The notes under the pieces: generated by a model | Database searches by the model: none | Told to the model about the DNA's origin: nothing | What the model saw: only the letters and a program-made list of their open reading frames with translations | Source of the DNA: Azolla caroliniana | Lineage: Eukaryota > Plantae > Polypodiophyta | Direction of reading: 5' to 3' | NCBI GenBank assembly: GCA_043228905.1 | Contig: JBHGNT010000022.1 | Location: forward strand, 11,284,001-11,348,000 | DNA: 64,000 nucleotides | Shown here: positions 36,416 to 50,264 of the stretch, piece after piece | Numbering within the stretch: the first letter of the stretch is position 1 | How the letters are laid out: each line of letters starts with the position of its first letter | Program-made: the position numbers and the translations under genes

Positions 36416-39130
36416 TTATCTTGCTTGTGATAGTTGGATAGCAGAGATCATGTTAGTGTGCCTATAAGTCTTATCAAAGTAAAATGAGTTTGATCTTGAA
36501 CTCGAATGATGCATAACGGTGTTCATGGCCTCGACAAGGTGAGCATGCATTCTTGCGGCGAAGAGTGGGGAGAATGGGGGATTGGGAATCTCCATCTTCC
36601 TTTCCAACATCTCTACTACTGTTGCCATGGATGGCCTCGATGAGATCTCCTCTTGAATGCACCACAATGCAACTCTTACCAGTATACGAATCTCATCTTT
36701 CGGCACACTTCCCCTTAGCTTCTCATCAAGAAGTAGCTCAAGTTCATCCTTTTGCATTTGGTCGAATGCATACAAAGGAAAATAAGTCTCCTCTGATCTC
36801 TGGCCCCAAATGTTCCTACGACCGCTCACGATCTCAAGCAATACCATCCCAAAACTATACACATCACTCTTCTCCGAGATCGCCAGGTTCATCACCCACT
36901 CTGGTGCAAGGTACCCTCTCGTTCCTCTCATGGTCGTAAACACGTGATTTTGCTCTTGTTTATGTATGAGCTTGGCGAGACCAAAATCAGACACCTTGGC
37001 ATTGTAATTCTCATCGAGGAGGATGTTCTCCGGCTTGATATCACAATGGATGATCTTCTCTCTGCAGTCGTCGTGCAGATACGCCAATCCCCGGGCCGTA
37101 CCCAGGGCAATCCGGTACCTGGTCTGCCAGTCTAGTACAGGTTTCCATTTGATCTTGTCACTATCTTCGATGAAGAGACATTTATCGAGGGATCCATGAG
37201 GCATGAACTCATAAACCAAAAGGCGGTGAGGTCCTTCCATGCAGAACCCATGAAGTTTCACTAAATGGACATGGTTGATTTGTCCAATAATGCTGATCTC
37301 TGCTTGGAATTCCTTCTGGCCTTGACCGATGGCCTCTAGCCGTTTTACAGCTATTTTCGTTCCATCTGGCATCGTGCCTTCGTACACCGAACCGAATCCG
37401 CCTTCTCCAAGCTTTGTGTTGAACCCATTTGTGGCAATTTGAAGCTCTTTGAAGCTGAATCGGGTCGGCAAACCGGGGATTGATACCAAAAAGGAATTGT
37501 AGTCTGCCTTGGTATCGACATACAATTTTTTGCTGGATAAATTTATCTTCATCTTCCCCTTCAGGAACCAGAATGATAATCCGCACGCGGCAACAAAAAT
37601 CAAACACACAATGCTGGCCATAATGATTGGAAGAGCAAAGGATGGAAAATCAGATGCTTGGGGACTACTAGCAGTCTTCTTATCAAGCACCTCAAGATCT
37701 GTCTTCATGTATAAAGTGTGGCCAAGTGTTCCAGTTCTTTGTACAGTTCCTAGCTCGGAGTGGTTAATGAGAAAGCAACCCGCGGAGTCATTGTAGAAGA
37801 AAAAGTAGCTACAAGAGCAATTTTGCAAGCATAGTTGCTTGCAATCATCAATCCCTCTGGACACTGTAACAGGCGTCTCATATCGATTCAAGAAATACTC
37901 GAGACCATCACCGACTTGATCGAACCTTACGCTCGCACTCGACACATTGGTGCAAGAATGGTGGGATAAACCAGTACAACCTCTAGTGATGTCTTCGGTA
38001 TCAAGGGGTTGGAAGTTGTCAGGGCAGCTGCATTGCCCAGTGGAGCTACAAATACCACTGGTGCCACAATGTAGAGGGAGGTCGCACTCACCTTCTGGAG
38101 CAGCGAATTGTGTCGTCCACACATTAACCAAAGAGTACACCTCGATTTGCAAACTCCCATCATGTTTCAAATAAGCTCTACATATTGAAGCATTGCTGGT
38201 CCAAGTGATTGACGAAACCGGGGTGCCATCCTCATCCTTAACAAGGGTTAGCATGCCGGGACCGAGTAAAGCATGGCTGGATACTCCACTCCCAAGCTGC
38301 ACATGCCGAGGATCGTGCGACATGCTCCAGTAAGGCAAAGATTGTGATGATAGCGATGTAACCGAAAGTTGTAGGTCTCCCTCTACGAGCGACAAGGAAT
38401 AAGGCCCAGAAGAGAGATTTCTGTTGGACATACTACTACTCCTAAGGATCATACCAGCTCTAAAGGTCTGACCACAAAGGAGTGTATCTGTTGGGTGATC
38501 AAAGCTTTGCCACAATACAGTGCTATTGGACTCATCCAAGAGGACCAGATTGCCGGCGTCTCGGATCATCATCCTTTTTGCGCCTAGCCCGATGGTGTTG
38601 GTGGACCAATATATGGATGTGTTAGCGGAGGATCCATTGGCAGTGGGGGCATGAACAAGGGCAAGATTGCCATCGATGGAGAGCTGGAGCTGATCCGAGG
38701 AAGAGACAGGTGAATCGGGGTTTGCCGTCCATATGATTTGTTGAGACGGGGCATGAATGATGCAAAGGTAGACAATGTCTCCATCTCCATCTCCGCCTCC
38801 GCCTCTAGTAAATTGGGTGAAGAATGTGAGGGTGAACAACTGGTTCTGTGAGATTAGAAAAGTCCCTTGGGTATCCACATAGTTCATGGCTGATACTGCG
38901 AAAGGTGCTTCGAGTGTGGATATGGATGCCGCGGAGGTAAGTCGAATCATACCATGGGGGTTCAAACTCAAGCATGGGATTAGAACAAGAAATACAAGAA
39001 GGAACCCACCATGAAGGATTGTAGTAAGTCTACCAGAACTTGGAAGGGTTATCAAATCCATGAAATGATGATAGATGATATGTTGGTATGTAGTACTAGC
39101 AACAGCCATAGTAAGAGGAGAAGAAACCAT
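36416..39130 (-). CDS. G-type lectin S-domain receptor-like kinase (SD2 class), intronless
   Basis: 904-aa ORF: signal-like hydrophobic stretch, B-lectin (IWTAN, GNLVLLD, WQSFDHPTDTLL), EGF-like, PAN (CLQNCSC), TM, PGLPTRFS, and a non-RD kinase (HCDIKPEN, RGTRGYLAPEW). The true start Met is uncertain. Confidence 0.95.
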   Translation of the reverse strand: MVSSPLTMAVASTTYQHIIYHHFMDLITLPSSGRLTTILHGGFLLVFLVLIPCLSLNPHGMIRLTSAASISTLEAPFAVSAMNYVDTQGTFLISQNQLFTLTFFTQFTRGGGGDGDGDIVYLCIIHAPSQQIIWTANPDSPVSSSDQLQLSIDGNLALVHAPTANGSSANTSIYWSTNTIGLGAKRMMIRDAGNLVLLDESNSTVLWQSFDHPTDTLLCGQTFRAGMILRSSSMSNRNLSSGPYSLSLVEGDLQLSVTSLSSQSLPYWSMSHDPRHVQLGSGVSSHALLGPGMLTLVKDEDGTPVSSITWTSNASICRAYLKHDGSLQIEVYSLVNVWTTQFAAPEGECDLPLHCGTSGICSSTGQCSCPDNFQPLDTEDITRGCTGLSHHSCTNVSSASVRFDQVGDGLEYFLNRYETPVTVSRGIDDCKQLCLQNCSCSYFFFYNDSAGCFLINHSELGTVQRTGTLGHTLYMKTDLEVLDKKTASSPQASDFPSFALPIIMASIVCLIFVAACGLSFWFLKGKMKINLSSKKLYVDTKADYNSFLVSIPGLPTRFSFKELQIATNGFNTKLGEGGFGSVYEGTMPDGTKIAVKRLEAIGQGQKEFQAEISIIGQINHVHLVKLHGFCMEGPHRLLVYEFMPHGSLDKCLFIEDSDKIKWKPVLDWQTRYRIALGTARGLAYLHDDCREKIIHCDIKPENILLDENYNAKVSDFGLAKLIHKQEQNHVFTTMRGTRGYLAPEWVMNLAISEKSDVYSFGMVLLEIVSGRRNIWGQRSEETYFPLYAFDQMQKDELELLLDEKLRGSVPKDEIRILVRVALWCIQEEISSRPSMATVVEMLERKMEIPNPPFSPLFAARMHAHLVEAMNTVMHHSSSRSNSFYFDKTYRHTNMISAIQLSQAR

Positions 39131-41824
39131 GGATTGTTTGTCTCAAAGAACAGAGCATTTGCAATACCTTCATTCATTCATTCTTTATTCGTTATAGATT
39201 AATGAAATGGATCCTATAATGAAAGTCAAAAAGCCAATGTGATATGAACAAAATAGGAGTCAACTCTTTCTTTCATTCACTTACCCAAAATATGTATTCT
39301 ATTGTTAGCCATTTGACTTTCGATCGACATATTCCTTTTCCACAAAAGAAATTAAAAAACAAAACAAATCGAACGATCCCAATGGAATCGTCACTCAGCC
39401 CTCGCAGCCTCAACTACACTCCCACAGATATTGACTGCATGACTTTGGCATACAACTTCCATTCAATTATATAACATACATATATATACAAGCCTCGTCT
39501 AACCCCTGATCAACACTCATAGCACATGCACATGTTACTATAATCTAACCAAATCTTGAGTGCGGTTTTTTGGAATCTCTTTGTTTCCCCTGGTCTTGGT
39601 GTAGTTCTCGGCATACAAGTCATCAACCTTTTTGTTTTCAAGACAAAACCCGTGTCCCCCATGTGGGAACTCCCCCTTAATCCTTCATATGCATAGGCTT
39701 GCCAAACCCATATTGAAAATAAGAAAAAAGAACATACTGTTTTCAATTTTTAGGTTGCCCTTCTTTTTCCCCAATCTCATTTGCATATCTATATTGGCAT
39801 GGAAGCTGGGTTTTTTGTTTCTCAAGAAAGAAAACTAACCGTCTATGCGAGGCCCACGCTGGAAACCTAGTACCAAAACATCCCAAGACAGAAATACATT
39901 GAGATAAGACACACTCAACTTCCTAAGTGAAGAACATATCCTTTCTCTCATTTATGCTTATTTTTTGATAGATAGTGATATTGTTATAATAAAGACAAAT
40001 CGAAATGACTAAACTTAATAAAGGTGGTTTCTATACATTTTAGCATTGCATAATCCAAAAGAAGCATAAGGTATTGACTTTTATGAAAATCTAAAAGATG
40101 TCATGTAACATGCCTTAAATACTTTTTTGGGTCATTCCATTAAGTTTTCATGTTTAGGCACTTTCTAATTGTTCTATACGGTTGGGTACTTCATAACATA
40201 TTACTTTATTGTTTTAGATCGACAAAGTTGAACCTTCATCCTAGTGACACGGCCCCTTGACAACATGCACTACCATGCTCACATGACTATCTCAAGCTTG
40301 CATGTGCATGAAATAATTGTCTCATCATCCCTTTGTGAAATGTACGATGCCATTGTGTATAGAATCGCATGAAAAACATTGAGCTTCCATAAGAGAGACA
40401 GAGAGAGTACTAGCTAGGAAAGTTTATATATCATATTATCGCCAAAATTTGCTACAATGCCATGCCAACTTTTATTTTTTTGGCAAAAATGTTAGAATCT
40501 CTTCTTTTGTAAGCCAAGCATCATGGTTGGTTCCCATTACTGTCTATTCTTTTGCATTTCTTCTTCTTCTTTGGTTAATTCCATGCCCGTACTAATTAAT
40601 TTGGAACCTAATCAAAATCAGCCTGTTTTGGATTTATTTGATGAAATAACAAAGGTTTTGATCAGTCCTTGAGCAATTAGTTCAATGATCAATTCTTGTA
40701 GACCACATCTTAGAAATTTCTTATTGTTTGATGAAACTTCTTCTTTTGGGAACAAAACATAAAATAATTGTGCATTCTCATAACATGCAATGCCTCCACT
40801 AGTAACATCCAACCGAACCTAAAAGTAAGCAATCTGCCTAAAGCAACCAGAAAACAAGTTTACATTGAAGACATCATTCTACCCTCAAATTAGGGACTTG
40901 ATGCTTCTATGGCATGCCTTGACACGTAATGTCTTCTTTAATATAGATATGGCCTACACTCATGTCTAGAAAAAGATTAAGAGAGAAATGTCAAAAAACA
41001 AAATGCCACTTATGGGAACACTGAGACTTAAATCGTTACAAAAATGGTTTACTTTCATTAATTTATATACAATATGACAAGACGTCACACGTTTATGCAC
41101 AATGTGACTATGTCACCTTTACGATTTATTGCTTTTCTAGTCCACAGATATCAAACTTCATTTTCAATGATGATTTGTTGGTGAAGTTAATATATTCAAG
41201 TTGATGAAAGAAATTCAATGTAGCCATGTAATCTTTCAATGAAGAAGTTACACCAAATATGCCTTTTCCCTCATCTCATGATCTATCTCTAAATTTACGA
41301 TTAGTAAATGAGAAAAACATATGTATTTGTATTATTTTCCTCATTCACTAAATGACAATCAAAATTTCTCTTCACTAGTTCAAAATATGTTTTTATAAAG
41401 AGGGCAAAACGAACTTAAACATGTAGAAGGCTCTAATAAAAATTTCTAACAAATGTATGGGAGTTCTTTCTCATGATTTCACAACTTACCTTATCGGTAA
41501 AGAAAAGAGGGAAAAGGAAGACAAAAAAACGGAACATTGACATTACATAAATAAATCAATCCATCAAAACAAAGCCTAACCAAATGTAGACAAAAATTGA
41601 ATAAAATGTTAGATTGTGATTCCCCCATTTTTATAAGAGATCCAAAGGAAAGTCTTTGAATTAAAATTAAGAAACCTCAAAATCACCCATCAAATCCAAT
41701 TATGTTTATATTATTAAATTTTGCTACAATGTAATGTCAAAACCATGTTGTGAACAAAAAACTAAGGAAACAAATACACCATCATTATGTATGGCATGTT
41801 TGCACCCTTAACTGCACTCAAGAA

Positions 41825-41937
41825 GAGAGATGTTTCCGAGTAATTATGTTATCGAGAGATGTTTCCCAGATTTGATGTTATCAAGAGATGTTTCCCAAAA
41901 TGATGTTATCGAGAGATGTTTCTGAGTAATGATGTTA
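41825..41937. repeat. 28-29-bp minisatellite x4
   Basis: gagagatgtttcc.....tgatgttatc units. Confidence 0.8.
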
Positions 41938-43286
41938 ATGCCAATTGCATTCAAGACTTCACAATGTTTTTAGTTTGTGAACATTGTGCTAAAACATATG
42001 GGGAAGCTGGTATCAGTAATTAACCATTTACCTAGCTTGCAACACACCAAGGACAGAAACAAAGCTGGTATCAGTAATTTGGCCCAAGGCTAAAAGCTTT
42101 TAAGGATGATGGCAATGGAGGGCAATCCACACCTGATAGATGCTCCGACATTGGCAACAAGTAGGAAAATTTTTATGTCTATGCCAAAACATCATGTCAA
42201 GAAATCTAAGACAAATGATTCACAAGTAAATCCCTGTTATGTAGGAAATGCAAGCAACGTAAGGTATCCTCAAGTTGAGGCCAATCCATTTCTATTAAGC
42301 TATGGAAAAATTAATGCTAGAGGGATCATAAATCCTAGCCTTGTTTATGATATGTCCTTTGAAGCTCATTATGCATTTCTTTTCAATGTTCATTATGATG
42401 AAACATTGATTGGAACGACGATGAATGGAGACTATCAAGTTCACATGTTTTAACTCCAAATACGGGCCATGGGTTTGTACAGACAGACTTCCGAAGTCGA
42501 GACGGAAACAGCCCAGATCGTACAATAAGGTCCTTAAGCAACAATCACTTAGTGGAAAAGGAAGTCTCAATTTGAGCCAAATTTCTTTCATCAGTTGATA
42601 ACTTGCCCTCACTAGAGGTGATGGAAACAAAATTCCCATCCATGTGTTGACTACTCTAATCCTTGTAAGCTCAAAATCCATACTTTGATACACCATACAC
42701 ATCAATGTTTATGGCAATTTTTCTAAATCAAGTGAATGTATCACTTTTATATGTAATGTTGATCGATAATGCTCTTATGGATGCACCAACATGAAAGAAA
42801 TTGTTAGTTCCAAACAAGGCACATTCACTTGATTGCAAACATAAAAAACCAATCAAATTTTCTTCTTTTTGTAATCAAAACAACATAAAAAACTCCTCAA
42901 TCTTTTGCAAATCATTAGGTTGGGTGCATCTATGATCAGGATAGGCAGCATTTTCTCAATTTTTTAATGCTACATTCCCAGAGCCATTAAACATTCAAAA
43001 GGCTCTGAAAATTGTGACTTCTCAAAGAAATTTCTATTGCTAGAATATGTGCATTATAATACTAAATGACTAAAACATTTGCAAACTTGTTTTGTTTTCC
43101 ACCCATATGTAACTTCTCATCAATCAAACACAAAAAGTGGAAACCAAGTTGTGATTTGACTCGCAAATTAATTTAAATTGGGTCTCAATGGCTCAGGACT
43201 GGGATCACCCATAATTACATTTGTGAAGTTCTCTTTAGTAGTGAGAGGATTTGATGGTCATCACTTCATACGGAAAACTAATACAA

Positions 43287-46200
43287 TCACTGTAGTCGGT
43301 AACTCCTACCAGTAAAAGCAGTTCCTCTGTTTGCTGGCTGTTGAGTTGTTTGATGGTTGCCTACCTGAGGACGTACATTTAACCACCTTAGGACAAGCTT
43401 ATGTCTGGGAATACAATTAAGGAATATCTTCCATTCCCTACATTTAAGGGATCATGAACGTCAATAAAATACACTACTCACATTTCCCAGATCTTCTAAA
43501 ATGCCCCCTTTTTTTAATAGCCACTCCCTTTTGTTTTAAAAATTTCTCCAACATACCCATTCCGTTGTAGAATTCCATTAAACTACTCTATAAGTCATGC
43601 AATGCAATTTCAAGAAGCTGAAACATCCTCGTGTTTTTTGGCCCCAAAGGCATTTGGAGAATTGAAAAACAAAGGTGTATATCACAGCTTTTTACCTCCC
43701 AACTTCCGAGAACTAAAATCCAAGAACAAAACAAAAAGAAGGAAATCCAAGGATACACCCAAAGGGGAGTCTTCAAATAATTGCGTCCCCCATTGCGTGG
43801 ATGTAGAACCGTCAGAAAGTGGTATAGATGTCCAACTATAATTCCCATCAAATCGGGCAGAATAGGTGAGCCAAATATGATGTTCATCCCTAACATAGCC
43901 CAAGGCAAGTAGAATCCCTGTAAATTAAAAGCACGACTTTATCAATTACTTCTAAAGCAACATTTTACCCCATTCAACGCATCTTATATTGCTAGAAAAC
44001 AAACCTGTACAGAGAAAAGACCCATAATGTTCACACTAGTGCTTGCGAACTCTCTGCTCCACACATATAAGAGCATAAAAATTACGGAAGGACCCAGAAA
44101 AAAAAGGCGTAAAGGCAATCCGAATACCTTTATGAAACAAAATATTTTCCAATGAGATACAGGAATATGCTTTAGGATATTTCAATAAAATATGAGCATA
44201 TGCTTCTACCCAAAACAAAACAAAGTTCAAGTAGGTATATGGATTATCTCACCACAAGAGAGAGCATTGAAAAAATGAACATCCAGAGAAAATCAGCTGT
44301 TCGTTGAACAAACGGTCCATTCTCAAGCTGCACTCCGTACCTCGCTCTGCATAAAATAGGAAATGCAGATTTAGAGTACAATGAGAAACGCAGAAATCGG
44401 CTCAGTACTGAGTCTTGATACAAGAAGTCGAACATATGTAATCAACAGACTCAAGGAATTTTAATAACAATTGGGCAACTATGAAAACTTTATTCCTATA
44501 TTCCAAGGATGAGAAACATGTCATGCAGATTTTGTTTGGATTCTCTTCATTGATGGATTTCAAATACTAGCCTACAAAGCATGATTGCATTGGCATAGGG
44601 ACCTGATCATGAGAGCATTTTTGGCTGAGAAAGTAAGCTTAAGGTTAAAGACACTAGAGATCTTGAGGTAGACATTGACAAAACCGAGCATTCACAGCAG
44701 CATTCAGTTCTGGGTTGTAAATAATAAATAAAAGCAAGCTCATGCAGTAAGAATAGAGTAACTTAAGAAGATTTGACCTAATAAAAATGAATCAACATCA
44801 CACCTAAATTCAGTTTCCACTTTATAGTAAGCTATAGCAACACCAAATCAAACAGCACACCAGATGTAATTTCAGTGTACAGTCAAAGAAGAGAAAAACA
44901 ACAAAACCTGCACATCACATTCGCCCACCCCACTTTGCCAGCAAGAACCTTCACAAGTTCAGTGGGTAACCAGGATGATGGCAAAAGTCTTTCCATAAGA
45001 CATGAGCCACTATGTATTAGAGCTTTCTGCATGAAGACATATCCACAACTACCATGCCTCCACTTTCCTTCACGAATTTTTAGCATTATTCAACAGGGAT
45101 AGTTGTGGGTGGAGATTTGGAATAAGTCAAATATGGATTTTGAGTTTTGGTAGAAACACAAAGCGTTACCGCAAAAGTGCCACAAGTGTGGTAGACGGGG
45201 ATATATGGCCAGCAACTGCAATGTCAAAAGCTAAGAGTCAGAACCCTCTCATTCGGGGTCAGCCGAGAAGGCTTTCACACGTTCAACTTAAGATGAACGA
45301 GTGGAATTGAGGATAGTGAAAGAAACTAGTAGTGTTGAGTGAAAAGGCCTTGGGAATGAGTGCTCGTGTGTGGGTCACTGGTAGACTCCTTGCACTGAGA
45401 TAAAAGACCAATTTGACCAATGATAAGATGATTGGCAAATGCTGAATATTGGCTATACCATAAGTTTTCTGGAAGTCAAGAGCAGAAATCCATCGCAGCA
45501 CTAAACAACTACGTGAATATACAGAAAGAGAAGTGAACTTCTTTGTGTTGCATTCATTAGTTGGGAATGAGTGCAAGAGCGTATCTGATTCTAAGTTGTA
45601 GCATAGGCACTTTGGTCACTGAAAGAGAGATGATGATGGGGTGGTCAGATCCAAAATACAAAGGGAGTGGGTCGCTGTGTGAGGAGAGAGAAAGTAGAGA
45701 AGACAGTACATAAAATGGAGAGGAAACCCTAGCCGCTAAAGTCCCTATCTCATGATGAGAGGTTTGGGATAAGTAACCTTTAGGTCATTTTGGCATGTTC
45801 ACAAATGGCCAATGATCAAAAGTTATAAAGATCATGTAAATGCCTATAACCCCCCAAATTGGGGCCAAAAATATAGTAAAGATGTGTCTAGAAAGCTCTC
45901 GAATGGAGCTTTCACATGGAAGGGTCAAAATATACAAAAAGGTGAGTCATTGGGACCTTTATCCCCAACAGGCACCTGAGTTTTTCAATATTGCAAAGTA
46001 TGAGGATTGCCTGATCCACAATCAACATGAGAAGTCTATTCTGCAGGAGCCAAAGAGCGGAGCTAAGTCTCCTCTAGAGTTAGCCTGGGATGTCTTCCAC
46101 AAAAAGATGGAAACAAATGCATAGGGAAGATCATGCTGCTTCATAGTCAAGGACATGGTTGAAACTCTTTGAAAGTTTAAACGATAGTTACAAATGGTGT

Positions 46201-48703
46201 GTGGATGGCAGATACATGGATGGGGACTATCATCTATGGGTGAGTGTGCTTTGCCATTTCAGAGAAGAAGATAGTTTTGTAGTTTGGCATCATTTCATTG
46301 AGGGATCGTGAAGCAACTGTAATGCATCCCATCTCATTCAAAAATTTGAAGTTGGTTGTAGATCCCCAAGTTTGGATGGCATGCATGTACACATAAGGAT
46401 AAAATCATCATGACATATGGAAACCAAACCAATCCATGCCTCAGATTGCTCATACACTAAGGGTAAAACTAAAGTCTTTATGCTGCCGCATTAGTGGAAT
46501 TGTTCATACATCACTACATTCCATGCAATATTGAGAAATCATGGTTGATCTTCAAAAATGCATTTGTGTGAAGCTACCGAACACATAGTGGGCATCTAAA
46601 AGCACCACCTCGTAACATATGGTTCAATGATGAAAGTAAAGCAGCTAAATACAAGTTCAAGACCATTCTCAACATGAGAAAACATGGGAAAAATGTAGCA
46701 AGGGAAAACCATATCCAGCAAAAGGAAAAAGCAAAGACAATATGAACTTCATAAAGCAGCACAAGATACATTATGTCTTCAAAAGGACCCAGCAGGGGCC
46801 TAGAGAGCTACCAAAAGAACAGCGCACGGAATTAAAGGGAGATTTCTCTTCAGCTTAAATCTTCACATATGTGGAGCCGTGAAGGACAAAAGACCAATGA
46901 ACAACACGTTTCTCTTAGAGCACATGGAAGCTCAAAGAGGTAACAAAAAGCATGAAAAAAACTTCAAAATGCCATGGCTATAGATACACTTCATTCACAT
47001 TAAAAAAATGTCAAAATGGTCTAATACACTTCATTCCAAAGGAAGTAGCACCAGTTTTACCTCAAGATCAAAACAATATTTAGATCACGACATCATACGT
47101 CAGAGGAAATAGAGATCAGATCACCAACATCACACAATCATGGTGAAACTTTCTATGGTTGAACTCTGAAGTTGGTACTTCTGAACATCAACTCAAGTGA
47201 ATGGACTGAAAAACACATCTGTTTTCCGACCAAAAGACAGCAATATTGATCATCCGATTTGACTGCAGGTAATAATGGAAGAGAATCGACTTAAAGGAAA
47301 GCCAATATTTTGTTGCCTTATATATTTCCAGAAGTCTTTTGACAAAATTCTAAGGACAAATTTATGGGAAAGAACGGCAAAACCTCAAGTACAAACAAGG
47401 ATGGCAATGGTGGCCCAGATATACAAGCAAATAATACAATTTGAAGACCAGATAAGGCGTTTCTAAGAGTTCCAGGGCATTATTGGAATGAGACAAGAAT
47501 TCCTGTATCACCTACTACAGGCCGTCTATACATTGACCAACTAAAAGAGTTCATACAAGCAACTTTATAAGAACATGAGAAAGAATCACACTGGTGATTT
47601 CATGGAAACATTATCGCCTCTGATTTACAGAAACAATGTGGTGCTTCTCACATATTCTCAACTGAGACTGCAAAAGCTTTTAAATATCATACATACTTTC
47701 TGAGATTCGCCTAAATTTTGAGTGTCTCATGCATCCCAGTTTCTTTTTTATGACTTTTACATTTGCGCAACATTTCCGAATGTATACCTCGGATAAGAAT
47801 ATACTGAGATTGTACTAAGGAATCCTTAGCTCAGGCAATTCGCTTACAAAAACAAAGACTTCGTAGAATCTAAATCCATTCAAATTCTTTCTCACTCCAT
47901 CCATTCTTTGAGATCACCCACAGGCATTTTAAAAAAGCAAACGACATTACACTTACATCATTATTAACCGAATTCCAAAAACCATTGAGAACTTCCCCAG
48001 GAAGAAAAAGTTTGTCAACAGTCTCCACACCTGTGGAATGCATGAAAAAGAACTAAAAATGCGTTTTTTTTAATATCACTTGTAAACAATGTTAATATAT
48101 TAATATTTAAAATAGCAGTAAAATCTATAGTGTATTGGGAGATGGGGGCACAACCTGAAACCGATAGAAAACCTCTTCATAATCCAGATAGATGTGGTTT
48201 ACATTTAGTAAGCCAATCTGGTAACCGACAGTCATCAAGAAACAGATTGTTCCAAAGGCCTTGCTCACAGGTGGTAACGATTTGTAGTAACTGAAGAGAA
48301 TTCAAAAAATAAATAAATAAAAAAGATATGGAAAGTGAGCTTAAACATGGAATGCATTCTGTTTTATATCTACTGTATATTAAGCATGACATTTTTTTTT
48401 CCATATACGCAGCTATTCTGTATACGCCCCCATGCCAACAATTGTGCACATTCATAACCAAACATCTTTGCAGATCACATTATGGTATAAACGTGCGTAC
48501 CTAACTATGCATGTATGTGTGTATGTAGGTATCTATCTATCTATCTATCTATCTATGAAATCATTGAGAGAGAAAGAGAGAAAGGAAAGAAAGCAAGCAA
48601 TTAGGAACAGAATGAATTCTGTTTTTATTTATAATTTTGGAAGGATGAGAGAAAAAGAAGGGGGGGGGGGGGGGGGGTAAGCTTACTCTGCAGGGGAAGA
48701 CAT
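43287..48703 (-). CDS. DER1: Derlin-1 (ERAD rhomboid-like pseudoprotease), 7 exons
   Basis: MSSPADYYKSLPPVSKAFG..FQ|VWRLLTNFFFLG..|ARYGVQLE..RTADFLWM|..LLYVWSREF..|GFYLPWAML..GHLYHFL|..FTGRSYRLQ* (SHP box). Exons: 48687-48703, 48155-48290, 47957-48030, 44253-44346, 44005-44127, 43757-43917, 43287-43404. Confidence 0.94.
44900..47700 (+). mobile_element. Old LINE remnants inside the 3.6-kb Derlin-1 intron
   Basis: CHKCGRRGYMASNC knuckle remnant at ~45178-45220; RT fragment CCLIYFQKSFDKILRTNLW at 47275-47466. Confidence 0.5.
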
Positions 48704-48717
48704 CGCTCGGAGTGGGA

Positions 48718-49012
48718 GGAACTGAGAGAAGAGGTCGGATCGAAGCTCGACAGGGATGGCGATTGGGCGAAAGAAGAAGAAGAAGAAGATCCGTCGATGC
48801 AGCAGCAGAAACAGCAGGAAGCAGGGGAAGCAGAGGAAGCAGGGGGGGACCCTTTTCCTCCCTTTTCAACCGTCCGATCTATCGCCCATCATCAACGGTT
48901 CAGATTGATTCTGATGCTTTCCTTCACTTCTTTCTTTCTCTCTTTCTTTCTTCTCTTTTTTGTTTGTGTCTCGAGTTCGAATCAAAGTGATGCTCCTGCT
49001 GCTCCTCTTCCT
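48718..49012. repeat. Derlin-1 5'UTR/promoter segment, duplicated at 53477-53743
   Basis: Direct repeat ggaactgagagaaga...gctcctgctgctcct on both sides of the LTR block. Confidence 0.92.
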
Positions 49013-50223
49013 TGATGGGAATATGAGACTAAATCAGGATGATTAAAACTTCAAACACTAATTAACACTAGATGAAACCACCAGACGGAAATGAGTGTAC
49101 ACCAAAAATTTTAACATGGAAAACCCAAAATAGGGAAAAACCACAGGAACTGTAGGTTCCAAACAACTTCACTATATCTTTGAGTACAATGGAATACGAC
49201 CTCACTAGAGGAGTGTATCTACCTCAAGGCAATGACCTTGGTTACAACCTTCACCCAATCGGGTGGATAGAATAACAAATATTACAAACTAAGTACGACC
49301 TCTCTACGTTTTGACTAGAGAAATGTCCTAGCCTCAAGGCAATAGCCTTGGCTACAATCTTCACCCAATTGGGTGGATACAACAACAATAAGCACAAGGA
49401 ATGTGCTAGCCTCAAGGCAACAACCTTGGCTACAATCGTCACCTGATCAGGTGGATAAACCAACAACAATAAGCACAAGGAATGTGCTAGTCTCTCTACG
49501 TTTTTGTCTAGAGGAAATATATTAGCTTCAAGGCAACAACCTTTGCTACTATCCTCACCCGATTGGGTGGATAAACCAAGCAAATAACCTTATTATTCTT
49601 CACCCAACTAGGTGGATAGAAAAACTAGCAAAATAGGAAACAAGAAAACAACACGAAACAAAATAACCTGATGCGAGTAGACAGGAGAGGTGTTGCACAG
49701 TTGTGGTTCTCTGTCAGCATGACCAACTCCTCACAGGTCTCTGTCTCCTCACTCTTTCATTCTCTGTTTTCTTCTCTATTTTCTGTTTTTTCTCTTTGTT
49801 TCTGCTTTGCTCTGTGTTCTCTTAGAAAATCAGATCACGCTCTGTTTCCCCTTTCTCCTTTTTATGTTTTCCTCCTTCTTGTCCAACGTCTATGTACCTG
49901 TGTTCACACACACACACACACAAAAAAAACATACAAAAGAAAAAAGGGCATACAAACACACATATATAAAGCTAATCATACATAATTATAACTTTTCCCC
50001 TTTTTGGCCGTGAGCCAATTTGGCGCTCAACCGACTCCCAATCGGTTGTATCCTCAGCCGATTGCTGACACGCAGTTGATTCTCAATCACCCCTTGGCTC
50101 TATGTTGTGGGCTCCATGTTAAAGAAAATGTGCAGAAACGTTTAGACAGAACCGGCTCAGCCGGATAGCAACAAATAATAAGAGGTTTAATGGAGAAGCT
50201 TAATACATAGAGAGTATACGCGG

Positions 50224-50264
<41 letters not shown>

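Noticed and set aside
42004-42080. Two tggtatcag iMet-PBS-like sites
   Set aside because: An 18-bp local direct repeat with no adjacent LTR structure.
42106-42705. ORFs of 115 and 136 aa as genes
   Set aside because: No recognisable motifs or splice structure; possibly an old LINE remnant, but not supportable.
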